Positions 45,236 through 53,936 of a stretch of 64,000 nt of DNA are shown here, in pieces. The position numbers and the translations under genes were made by a program. Source of the DNA: a virus (taxonomy: Duplodnaviria; Caudoviricetes). The notes beneath the pieces were generated by a model. The model was given only the letters and a program-made list of their open reading frames with translations, was not told where the DNA came from and searched no databases. The stretch is taken from IMG/VR virus record IMGVR_UViG_3300038530_003085, positions 64,001 through 128,000 of that record. One strand, 5' to 3'. Every line of letters starts with the position of its first letter. The first letter of the stretch is position 1.

Positions 45236-46660
45236 CTATGAATTTTGATCAAATTCCCAGACAGAGGTGAGAGTCACTGTTCCGGGGTTGCTAGTTGGAT
45301 TAAATTTAACGCCAACAATGTCGCCCGGGCCATAGTTTGCAGTATCTGTAAAGTTAAAGGTATATGTTGTATTAGCGCTTGCCATATTAACTGTTATGTC
45401 TTCAGTAGATGTGCTGCTAACATTTTGTGCACCGTCTACATTACTGTGCAAACCAATAACTGTGCTTCCGGGTGCTGATGTTGCTCTAGCAACAACTTTA
45501 ATAAGCTTTCCAGAAAATGGTGCCACTAATTTATTATTATCATTCTGCACTGCATCAGAACCATTCGTATCAAATCTTACAAAGTGCGCAGTAGATCCAC
45601 CGGGTGCAAATTTGTGACTTGTCATATGTAAAGATTTAGCTCTTAATGAACCTGATATGGTTGTGTTACCATTTCCAGCAACCTGAAAAGCATTGGTGAG
45701 TGAGTCACTCTTTGCTGTGATCAGCGTTTCTGCTGTCGAGCCACTTACACTAAGTATGCCTCCATCGATATGTCCACCACCCACAAGAACTTGACCGGAG
45801 CCAGTAACAGCAAAAATAATTCGTTGTCCGTCGTTCGATGCTCCTTGGAACAAAGCTAAAACTCTATTATTCCCAGCTTCATCAGACGGTCTAACAAAAA
45901 GCATTCCATCGGCTGGCCCATGTCCTCCCAAAGTTCCAATAGATAATCTTGGGGTTGAGCCTGTTACATGCATTCCCAAGGAACTTGTGATTGCTTGGGC
46001 TGCTTGAACAGTACCACTAACATTTAAAGTGTTACCGAGAGTGGTGGCGCCAACAGCTTGAAGGGTACTAGAGCCAGAAATATCACCAGTTACAGATAAA
46101 ACTGTTCCATTAAATGTAAGATTAGCTTCGGCATTTGCTTGCCCGGTACCATCAGAGGTAATTACACGGTTAGCCGATTGATTTGTAATACTAGTAAGAG
46201 CCGGAGCGGTGCCATTAGATGCAGCGGTTAATCTACCTTGTGCATCAACAGTTAAAGAAGTATATGTATAAGAACCAGCACTGACAGATGTATCATCAAG
46301 ATTAATAGTTAAGGTATCTGTAGCGGCCGCTGTTGTTGATATGCCTGTACCACCAGCAATATCAACTGTATTGCCATCAGTAATTGACTGATTGGAACCT
46401 GCATCTCCTTGAAGCGTCCAGCCTGACATAGTTCCACCAGAGCCAGTAATATTTTGCAGACGTGAACCATCACCGTGAAACGAAGAGGCAGAAATTGGAG
46501 TTGAGGCAGAAACATGTGTGTTGATTACTTCAAGACGCTGAGAGCCACCGGTCAAAAGTTTAATGGTATCATCTTCAAAATCAATTTTTGTTTCGTCAGG
46601 ATCGCCCTCAAACTGAATATCTCCAGAGTGTTGTGGTCCTTTGTTGTTATTATATGCCAT
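45236..46660 (-). CDS. Virion fibre/decoration protein
   Basis: G/S/T-rich beta repeats (TVDAQGRLTAA, ANLTFNG, GDGSRL). Confidence 0.65.
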   Translation of the reverse strand: MAYNNNKGPQHSGDIQFEGDPDETKIDFEDDTIKLLTGGSQRLEVINTHVSASTPISASSFHGDGSRLQNITGSGGTMSGWTLQGDAGSNQSITDGNTVDIAGGTGISTTAAATDTLTINLDDTSVSAGSYTYTSLTVDAQGRLTAASNGTAPALTSITNQSANRVITSDGTGQANAEANLTFNGTVLSVTGDISGSSTLQAVGATTLGNTLNVSGTVQAAQAITSSLGMHVTGSTPRLSIGTLGGHGPADGMLFVRPSDEAGNNRVLALFQGASNDGQRIIFAVTGSGQVLVGGGHIDGGILSVSGSTAETLITAKSDSLTNAFQVAGNGNTTISGSLRAKSLHMTSHKFAPGGSTAHFVRFDTNGSDAVQNDNNKLVAPFSGKLIKVVARATSAPGSTVIGLHSNVDGAQNVSSTSTEDITVNMASANTTYTFNFTDTANYGPGDIVGVKFNPTSNPGTVTLTSVWEFDQNS

Positions 46661-46691
46661 GTTAAGTGGTTCCTTCGTTTATAAATAGGAA

Positions 46692-47825
46692 TCAAGTTCC
46701 TTTGGTGCCAATAATGTACCAGTTTTCACCATCGGATTGAAAAGTTCTCGAAGAGTAATTCATTTTGATTTCTGTTCTATTGTTTAAATCGATTTTACTA
46801 TCTTCACAAACAACATTAACTTTATTGGCTGTCAGTTTGATTTTGCCTGAATCTGCTTTTTTAATAATGATAACTCTTCCAATATTATTTTGTGCTGGTG
46901 GTAAATTTACATTAACAGGATTCTTTTGTGCATCACATATAATTGTGTAATCGGCAGTGTTGACATTATACGTTTCAGAATTAACTTTAGTAATATTGTG
47001 ATGAACAGCACCTTGACAAATCATTTTGGCTTTATTGATAATTGTAGTCGCATTAAGAGTACCATTTAAGTTTAATGCATTGTTTTCTGTGTCAAAAGAC
47101 AGCGAGTCTGTCGATTCAAAATTTCTTTTTCCCCTAAATTGTAAGTTACCTTGCTGGCCACTTGGATGGGGAACTTTTGTTCTAATATATGAATCATATA
47201 AATTAGACAATGTGGTGCTAGTAGGCTGTCCTCTAGATATGTCACCAACAATCACTAAGTCATTGTCACTCAAGTTTTGGCCTTGTGAATTAATTGGCTC
47301 TAAATTAGTAGGATCAATAGATAATTTGTTTGACTTAACAGAAATACCAGAGTTCGGTGACAAATTAACACCTATACCCTCATCAGTTAATAATAGTCCA
47401 TTGTGTGTATTAAGTTGCAGCACACCTCTAACATTCTGCAACCCTAAACCGTGATTTATAAAATTAGCATTTATTTGGCTTGTAAATGCATCAGAGGGAA
47501 TATCTTGTAAATAAATACCAGAACCAACAAACGTGTTGGCCGCTATGGTGTTGGCAGTTAAAGTTTCTGTATCTTGGTTATAGGTTAGGTTATGGTGAGT
47601 GCGCGCACCGTGCTCTTTATCACAAATCACTAACCCATTATTTACATTACCTTTTATGCTTTTTATGGCAACATCTTTCATAGTTGCACAAGGACTTTGT
47701 GCATCTGTATCCCAGAATACACTTGCACTGACAGTGTTTTTAAAAACTTTTACACCACCAATCTCCTGATCTGCGTGCTGATCAACCGAACCCTGTACAC
47801 TACCTTTTAAAACATTGTATGCCAT
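46692..47825 (-). CDS. Virion fibre protein (paralogue family)
   Basis: QEIGGVKVF; C-terminal VNLPPA...GRVIIIK...WYII domain; start re-called at ATG 47825. Confidence 0.65.
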   Translation of the reverse strand: MAYNVLKGSVQGSVDQHADQEIGGVKVFKNTVSASVFWDTDAQSPCATMKDVAIKSIKGNVNNGLVICDKEHGARTHHNLTYNQDTETLTANTIAANTFVGSGIYLQDIPSDAFTSQINANFINHGLGLQNVRGVLQLNTHNGLLLTDEGIGVNLSPNSGISVKSNKLSIDPTNLEPINSQGQNLSDNDLVIVGDISRGQPTSTTLSNLYDSYIRTKVPHPSGQQGNLQFRGKRNFESTDSLSFDTENNALNLNGTLNATTIINKAKMICQGAVHHNITKVNSETYNVNTADYTIICDAQKNPVNVNLPPAQNNIGRVIIIKKADSGKIKLTANKVNVVCEDSKIDLNNRTEIKMNYSSRTFQSDGENWYIIGTKGT

Positions 47826-47836
47826 TTCAAACCCTC

Positions 47837-48073
47837 TCAACCATAAATAGATGAACTAATTGTTTTGTCTTGTATTATGTAGGCTCCAAAATTACTGAAA
47901 TGCTCTGGAAAATAATACATCTGATGCTTTTCAACTATTTCTTTGACAATAATTTTCATTTGGTCGGAATTACCAGTTACAATCTTAATTGGAGTTTCAT
48001 TTAAAATTATAAACTCTTCAACTAGATAACGTGCTTCAATGTGTGTCTTTCCGTGTAAATCTAAAACCTTCAC
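47837..48073 (-). CDS. Stand-alone Smr (small MutS-related) domain protein
   Basis: VLDLHG...A...VEEFI...IKIVTGNS; GTG start at 48073. Confidence 0.75.
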   Translation of the reverse strand: MKVLDLHGKTHIEARYLVEEFIILNETPIKIVTGNSDQMKIIVKEIVEKHQMYYFPEHFSNFGAYIIQDKTISSSIYG

Positions 48074-48087
48074 ACAATAAGTAGTAT

Positions 48088-48120
48088 AAAAAAAAGGATG
48101 CCCCCACAAGGGAGACATCC
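48088..48120 (-). terminator. Rho-independent terminator
   Basis: GGATGTCTCC-cttgt-GGGGGCATCC followed by T8. Confidence 0.85.
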
Positions 48121-48150
48121 AAAAGATTCAACAAAGTTGAAAAAGGTAGA

Positions 48151-49695
48151 TTACACAATCTTCCACTTGTTTGCAACCATGTATACACAGGTAACAGCAG
48201 CAAGTGGCGACTCAAGAACAACAGCAGACTGTTCATCGATGTCGTGACCCGCATCACCGCGAGCAACAACAAGGATACCAGAAGTTGAGTTCTTGACTGT
48301 GACAACATCACCGACAGATGGCGAAGCTGGAAGAAGAACTGTACCACCAGCAGAGCCAGTAGCGAAGTTATAACCTTCCGAGAGGTTGGAGCCATCAACT
48401 GCAATAGCAACCGAGTTGCCTTGAACACTAAGTTGTCCAGATGCAGCCGAGAGACCAGCACCAGCCATACCAGCAACAAGGTCAGCAATGCTTTCTTTCT
48501 TACTTGCATTGCCATCATTAGCGTCAATAATAGCAATGCTGTCGGCAGCAACGTCAATATCAGCAGCAGATAATTCGTTGAGGTCAACACTCAGAACCTG
48601 AGAAGATATAGCAAGACCAACACCTGCGGTAGCAGCCTTAAGCTTTAAACCAGAGTCATCTTCTAATGCTGTAGTACCAGCAAGCTGAACAGCGGAACCA
48701 GCAACCTTATCACCAGTGGTAATTTGGTTAAGCTTGCTATCTGCGATTGAACCAGCAAGCATAGCGTTGGTAACACCAAGAGCCTTAATTCTGAGAGCAT
48801 CGGAGTTAGTCTCAATAGACGAATCATCGACACCGACAGAAAGAACACCAGAAGTTGCAGCAAGACCGTCACCAGCGATTGCAGTAGCGTAATCAGCAAA
48901 GCTTTCACGCTTAACAGAACCATCAGCATCAAGCATCATAAGTTGATCTTCAGCGACAGCAACATCAGCAGCCGGCATGAACGAAGCACTAATCTTAAGA
49001 TCAGCAACGTTAGCACTGTTTTGGAATGGTGTCATTCCAAGACCACCGTCAGCTTCAACATCAAGCGAGAAGCGAAGCGAACCACTGAGACCGACAGCCG
49101 ATAACTGACCTAAGCCAGCAATGTCTTTGCTTGCATCAAGAACAACAGTCTTAGAAGCAACAGCGGTACCAGCAGTAGCACCATCGTTAAAGTTAAGCTC
49201 TGCAGCAGTTGAAGTAACTGCAGCACCAGCAATCTGAAGACCACCTGCTTTATTAACGTTGAAGTCAACGTCGTTAGCAATAGTCAAAGTTTGAGCGGCA
49301 AAAGTCATCATGTCAGTATCAGCATCACAACCAATAGTTGAATTGTTATCAACAGCTAAAGACTTAAGCGCGGTATCACCATCGGCATCGACAGCAAAAC
49401 CAGTCATAGTAATAGTGCCCATAGTAAGATCACCACTACCATCAATGTCAGTTGCGGTAGTGATTGCACCACCAGCAGCAACACCGACGAAAGAACCTGC
49501 ACCAGCAGCGTTAATACGAGTGGCCTCTGACATAACGAGATCACCCTTTAATTGAAAGTTGCCAGAACCAGAAATAATACCGTTGTCATCAAGTTTGATC
49601 TTGACGGAACCGTCTTGAGCCTTGACTTGAACGTCACCTTCTTGGTCCAAAGCACCGGACAAGATTGCCTGTCCGAATTGAAATTTGTAAGCCAT
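48151..49695 (-). CDS. Abundant virion fibre/head-associated protein
   Basis: Ala/Asp/Gly-rich repeats (VTSTAAELN, AGDGL, GVTNAMLAGSI); C-terminal VLLPASP.VGD.V.VKN domain; MCP-like codon bias. Confidence 0.7.
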   Translation of the reverse strand: MAYKFQFGQAILSGALDQEGDVQVKAQDGSVKIKLDDNGIISGSGNFQLKGDLVMSEATRINAAGAGSFVGVAAGGAITTATDIDGSGDLTMGTITMTGFAVDADGDTALKSLAVDNNSTIGCDADTDMMTFAAQTLTIANDVDFNVNKAGGLQIAGAAVTSTAAELNFNDGATAGTAVASKTVVLDASKDIAGLGQLSAVGLSGSLRFSLDVEADGGLGMTPFQNSANVADLKISASFMPAADVAVAEDQLMMLDADGSVKRESFADYATAIAGDGLAATSGVLSVGVDDSSIETNSDALRIKALGVTNAMLAGSIADSKLNQITTGDKVAGSAVQLAGTTALEDDSGLKLKAATAGVGLAISSQVLSVDLNELSAADIDVAADSIAIIDANDGNASKKESIADLVAGMAGAGLSAASGQLSVQGNSVAIAVDGSNLSEGYNFATGSAGGTVLLPASPSVGDVVTVKNSTSGILVVARGDAGHDIDEQSAVVLESPLAAVTCVYMVANKWKIV

Positions 49696-49787
49696 GTTTA
49701 AAAACCCTCCATTTTAAGTTTTATTTATAGCTGAACGGGATACACCTATCCATATTTTGTATGAACAAATAGCAAACCGCTCACAAT

Positions 49788-49795
49788 TAAATAGT
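49788..49795 (-). promoter_or_regulatory. Putative late promoter motif ACTATTTA (fibre gene 49695)
   Basis: Recurrent intergenic motif. Confidence 0.6.
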
Positions 49796-49815
49796 ATGTA
49801 CCGCGTAGTATTTTT

Positions 49816-50565
49816 CTATGTAATGAAGTATTTATTTGCACCGTTACAATAAAGCTGGATAGATGCAAAAGGTGATTCCAAAATTACTGAATTTTGACCA
49901 TCGATTGTTTGTGAACCAGATGCTAAAATTGTTACGTTATTGGATGCTGCTGTACCTGCCTCATCTTTCACAACATAGGTTTGACCATCTAAAAGATTAG
50001 CAGCATCAGGTAGTCTAATTGATAGCACACCATTGGTAGTGTTAGTGCCGATATAATAGTCTGTGGTGGATGCCGTTATAGTGGTATTTACATTTCTTCT
50101 GTTAAGTTTAAGGCCACCAAAAACCTGTAAAATATTATTATTGAAAATAAGGTTGTTGGAGCCACTAATTGTGCCTGCTCCGGCGTCATTGCGAAATTGA
50201 AGTGCACCGACTGGTCCTTGAGCATTAGCATTCCCACCCCCACCAGCACTGATGCCTGTGAGGAGGCTGCCATCACCCATTAGATATGAAGCAGAGATAC
50301 CTGTGCTAGCCGTAATTTCTCCAGTAACATTTAATGTTTCACCATCAAATGTAAGATTAGACTCACAAGTTAATGTATTGGCATTACCATCTACATTTGT
50401 TATTATGGCATTATTTGTTGCATTACCAACTCTAGGAACATTAATAACTTCTGCACCGTCCGACGTGCTTAGATTACCAGATACAATATTTCCCGGGGCT
50501 TGATCTTTGCCCGGGCCAAAGTATAAGGGTGCAATTACTGAGCCGGTGAAAGAGTTTTTTGCCAT
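49816..50565 (-). CDS. Virion fibre protein (paralogue family)
   Basis: SNLTFDG, GDGSLLTGI, GPVGALQF, C-terminal IRLPDA...GQTYVVKDE...IDGQ...Y.NG domain. Confidence 0.65.
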   Translation of the reverse strand: MAKNSFTGSVIAPLYFGPGKDQAPGNIVSGNLSTSDGAEVINVPRVGNATNNAIITNVDGNANTLTCESNLTFDGETLNVTGEITASTGISASYLMGDGSLLTGISAGGGGNANAQGPVGALQFRNDAGAGTISGSNNLIFNNNILQVFGGLKLNRRNVNTTITASTTDYYIGTNTTNGVLSIRLPDAANLLDGQTYVVKDEAGTAASNNVTILASGSQTIDGQNSVILESPFASIQLYCNGANKYFIT

Positions 50566-50584
50566 GCGGTGTCTCCTTCTTTAA

Positions 50585-51298
50585 TTAGAAGACAAACCAG
50601 TTTGTCCCGTTTGAATACACACTAATCGCTGGCATAGTACCAGTAAGAACATATGTTCCTTCATTATCAAACAATTGATTACCGCCAGCAGTGCCGGTTA
50701 ACGTAATATTATTACCACCACCAGTTCTTGCAGGAACTTCGTCTTTGATTATCCACGTAAGCCCAACCGGCACCGCTGAGGCAGATGGAAATACTAGTGT
50801 AGTGGCTGTGGTTCTAGTCACGCCATATATATGACTGCCTTGTGTCAGTGTTGTCGGTGTTGCACTAACAGCAGTATAGCCGCCAGCAAAGCCGGCGACA
50901 CTAACAACCTTTTGAGTTGCACTAGCACTTAAAACAAAATTTGTTGCTGGGCCGGCACCGGCTTCTGTAACAACCAAGCTGCCTGTCCGCATGTGAGTGT
51001 CATCATTTGTATTACCAAAAAATGTAGAACCAGTTGCATCAATCCTAGTGATATCTTCATAATGAAAAACACTTGCTGACACTGAACCAGTGACTAGAAG
51101 GTTTCCTGATAGCACCAGCGTATTTGGCGAATAAGGATGCAACGATGTATCAGAAGCAGTATGATAAACAAGTGCTGCTACACCAAGAGTAGAATTATGG
51201 CCAGTTAAAAACTGAACAGAACCCGTTGGCCCTGCAGCTTGTCCAGCACCTTCACTCTCATCGGTGCAATTTACATATGCCCATCCAAAATTTGCCAC
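50585..51298 (-). CDS. Virion fibre protein (paralogue family)
   Basis: GPTGSVQF, GST.FG...DDTH.RTGS, C-terminal FPSA...G.TWIIKDE...YSNGTNWF; GTG start. Confidence 0.65.
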   Translation of the reverse strand: MANFGWAYVNCTDESEGAGQAAGPTGSVQFLTGHNSTLGVAALVYHTASDTSLHPYSPNTLVLSGNLLVTGSVSASVFHYEDITRIDATGSTFFGNTNDDTHMRTGSLVVTEAGAGPATNFVLSASATQKVVSVAGFAGGYTAVSATPTTLTQGSHIYGVTRTTATTLVFPSASAVPVGLTWIIKDEVPARTGGGNNITLTGTAGGNQLFDNEGTYVLTGTMPAISVYSNGTNWFVF

Positions 51299-51302
51299 GG
51301 GC

Positions 51303-51722
51303 CTAGCCTACTCCGTCAGAGCCTTTCCAGTTTGGACCGGCATCGGTTTCGACTGATGAAGCATCAATATTGGTTAAACCAGCAACAATATCAAAAGTGA
51401 ACGCGCTGCTATCTTCAGACATAAAATGCAATTCGCTAACTTTAAGATCTAGAGGGCCGGTAAAACTTCCACTACTATAAACTCTAAAGTTTTCGTTTCT
51501 ATGTAAACCATCTTGACTAAACGCAACGCGAAGTTCACGATTAAGTTGATCTTGGTGAGGGGAAATTTGAACCCACTTGGTGACTTTAGGGAATGTTATT
51601 TTTAATGTATTTGAACCACTAACAGGTGCCAAGCACGAACCTGTTGCAAACGGCTTTCCGCTAACTTGATAGGAACCGACGTTGTTTAGTCCAACTCTTG
51701 TATTCCAGTTTTGTAGTGCCAT
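51303..51722 (-). CDS. Putative structural protein
   Basis: GLNNVGSYQVSGKPF; AAGGAG SD and late-type promoter motif upstream. Confidence 0.55.
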   Translation of the reverse strand: MALQNWNTRVGLNNVGSYQVSGKPFATGSCLAPVSGSNTLKITFPKVTKWVQISPHQDQLNRELRVAFSQDGLHRNENFRVYSSGSFTGPLDLKVSELHFMSEDSSAFTFDIVAGLTNIDASSVETDAGPNWKGSDGVG

Positions 51723-51753
51723 TATTAAACTCCTTAAAATTTGTTTTACATTG

Positions 51754-51761
51754 TAAATAGT
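51754..51761 (-). promoter_or_regulatory. Putative late promoter motif ACTATTTA (gene 51722)
   Basis: Recurrent intergenic motif. Confidence 0.6.
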
Positions 51762-51763
51762 TA

Positions 51764-52006
51764 CTAAATTTTTCTACGCCGTCTTTCTATCGCCCTTTGC
51801 TTTTTTCTTTCTTCTCTAAGACGTGCTCGCTGGGCTCTTTCTTTTTTAATCTTCTTTTTCACGGAGGGTTTCTCATAGTGCTTTCTATCTCTAACTTCCT
51901 CTACAATTCTTTCTTTTTTTACTTTTTTAAGAAAACGACGAATTAATCTTTCATTGCTTTCTCTATTGTTAAATCTTTTTGTGACAACTTGTGATTTCTT
52001 TTTCAT
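51764..52006 (-). CDS. rpsU: Phage-encoded ribosomal protein bS21
   Basis: ESNERLIRRFLKKVKKERIVEEVRDRKHYEKPSVKKK, the bS21 signature. Confidence 0.9.
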   Translation of the reverse strand: MKKKSQVVTKRFNNRESNERLIRRFLKKVKKERIVEEVRDRKHYEKPSVKKKIKKERAQRARLREERKKQRAIERRRRKI

Positions 52007-52012
52007 TATTAC

Positions 52013-52402
52013 CTACTTTAATCTTTCCCATATTTTAGATGACTTACCTAAAATAGAACTAATATCAACACCGGCGTCACTAGGATCGCCTAAATCGACG
52101 GCACCAGCAGCCTGTTCACGCTGAGCAGGGGCAGGTGTAGTTCCTTCAAATAAGTCTACACCATTGAAAGCATCTTTATTGATTGCATCCATTAATTTCT
52201 TACGTTGTTCTTTCAATTTAGTATTGTTAGGCTCTCTAACTATTTGCCTAGGGGGCTCTTTGCTTTCAACAATAGGGGCGGCTCCCACACCCTTAACTAC
52301 TTCAGAAACAACATTAGACAAAAGCCCTTCTTCTATAAGAACTTCATGAATGCACTCTTTTACGAGTGGCTTGATAACTTTTTTTAATTCTGATTTTTTC
52401 AT
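52013..52402 (-). CDS. Hypothetical (putative prohead core) protein
   Basis: MKKSELKKVIKPLVKECIHEVLIEE leader; between protease and bS21. Confidence 0.65.
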   Translation of the reverse strand: MKKSELKKVIKPLVKECIHEVLIEEGLLSNVVSEVVKGVGAAPIVESKEPPRQIVREPNNTKLKEQRKKLMDAINKDAFNGVDLFEGTTPAPAQREQAAGAVDLGDPSDAGVDISSILGKSSKIWERLK

Positions 52403-52411
52403 TATACTCTC

Positions 52412-53014
52412 TTAATTTTTATCTAAAACCTCATCGATAAGTTGATTGATTTTAGATTGCTTTCCTTCCTTCAGTCCAAACTCTTTTGCTTCTCGCATCA
52501 TAAATGCACCGGGAGTTGATGGCTCTGATACCACATCGAAACATACTAACTCAAAATCTTCTTGCACTATAGATTTACCATTGCGCTCAGTGACAGAGCC
52601 AGTTCCACGAGATGATATTCCAATAGAGCATCCGCCCTCTACTAATGCACGCAATGTTTTACCAGCCGGTGTTTCAAGGACTTGAATCTTGCCCATTACC
52701 TTGTTACCATCCATCCATATTTCATTGACCTTGTGAGACACTTTTTCAAGTGATACTTCAACTTTATCAGGATGATCTAATTCACCCAAAGCTCTGTTTT
52801 GCTCAACGAGTTGTTGATACTTTTTGACTTCTCTTTCAAGGACCGGTCTTGTATAGACCCGACCATTACCGTTTAATGTTTCACACATTTGCATAATTCC
52901 TGAAAGAATCATACCGCCTTCGGAAACAAATCGCTTTTCAGCCTCGGTTAGTAAATCTTGGCAAACACCGCCCTCGCAAAGTTCGTAAAATTCTCTTAAT
53001 AATTTCTTACCCAT
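52412..53014 (-). CDS. Prohead protease (T4 gp21 family)
   Basis: NGNGRVY, ALGELDHP, VSH, TPAG, GISSRGTGS, FDVVSEPSTPGA. Confidence 0.95.
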   Translation of the reverse strand: MGKKLLREFYELCEGGVCQDLLTEAEKRFVSEGGMILSGIMQMCETLNGNGRVYTRPVLEREVKKYQQLVEQNRALGELDHPDKVEVSLEKVSHKVNEIWMDGNKVMGKIQVLETPAGKTLRALVEGGCSIGISSRGTGSVTERNGKSIVQEDFELVCFDVVSEPSTPGAFMMREAKEFGLKEGKQSKINQLIDEVLDKN

Positions 53015-53016
53015 AG

Positions 53017-53106
53017 CTAAGATCCTTTACAGCAACGCCTAACTGGCTGAAGCATCCACTTGTTTGTCCAAGTGGCAGGACTCTGGGTTTGCGTGTTTGT
53101 GTTCAT
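53017..53106 (-). CDS. Unannotated 29-aa micro-ORF MNTNTQTQSPATWTNKWMLQPVRRCCKGS
   Basis: ATG 53106 with GAGGGA SD; stop TAG lies 2 nt before the protease ATG; overlaps the upstream gene's 3' end. Confidence 0.5.
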   Translation of the reverse strand: MNTNTQTQSPATWTNKWMLQPVRRCCKGS

Positions 53107-53389
53107 GTTTAATTCCCTCATCTCCAAAAATCATATTAAGAACATATGATGTTCCTGACGATAGCCATCCCATAAGGAAAAAATTGGTTACCGTTACATC
53201 AAAATTAAATAGTTCTGTGAATGGAGAAAGTAGCAATAAAAACCAACCTATGTGAAAGCCCATACACATAGGGCAATTAAATAGTTCACCTAGACGGCCC
53301 TCTTTGGGACGAATGTTTTTAAAAATTTTACCGTATACTACTATTTGCGTTAATCCATATGCACATAGTATAAATGTTATTAGTTCCAT
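53039..53389 (-). CDS. Small membrane protein with CxxC (DUF1360-like)
   Basis: Hydrophobic helices, LFNCPMCMGFHIG; start re-called at ATG 53389 with GAGG SD. Confidence 0.65.
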   Translation of the reverse strand: MELITFILCAYGLTQIVVYGKIFKNIRPKEGRLGELFNCPMCMGFHIGWFLLLLSPFTELFNFDVTVTNFFLMGWLSSGTSYVLNMIFGDEGIKHEHKHANPESCHLDKQVDASAS

Positions 53390-53396
53390 TAATTCC

Positions 53397-53936
53397 TCAA
53401 ATAGTATACATATAGTTATAGGCGTATGGGTCACGTATGTACCCGGGTCTAATTGAACCCTTCTCTGCAGCTTGGGGAACTTCTCCAAGCTCTGTTGAGT
53501 ATTCTTTATCAGGATCTAGTACATGATTGTCATCCATAGAGACGATGGCTTCGACCTGTTCAAAGTAAGGTCTTTCTTCTTCAATAAAATTATGTATATT
53601 AATCAAAGCCATCTTAGCTGACGATGCGTCAGGATCAGTGGACTCTTCAAGTGTGGCTTCAAAAGAACCATAGAATGCGCCGGCTTGAATACTTTCAGGA
53701 ATTACGATTCCCTTTTTTCTTAAGCAAGCAAACAATCTATTTTGTGCACCATACACTAAGTCAGTCATTGTTTCTTTTGGAAAAGCAACGACCTTCTTTT
53801 TATTTGGAGATAATACAATATCAATATCTCCGTGATCAAAAATCATTAAATCGCCGTTTAATGAACGGCGTAAATCAAGTTCTAATCTAACTTTCTTTTG
53901 ATTAGACTTTTTACCTACCTTAATGATTACCGGCAT
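53397..53936 (-). CDS. Hypothetical protein
   Basis: Continuous ORF overlapping the upstream gene in the head operon. Confidence 0.7.
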   Translation of the reverse strand: MPVIIKVGKKSNQKKVRLELDLRRSLNGDLMIFDHGDIDIVLSPNKKKVVAFPKETMTDLVYGAQNRLFACLRKKGIVIPESIQAGAFYGSFEATLEESTDPDASSAKMALINIHNFIEEERPYFEQVEAIVSMDDNHVLDPDKEYSTELGEVPQAAEKGSIRPGYIRDPYAYNYMYTI

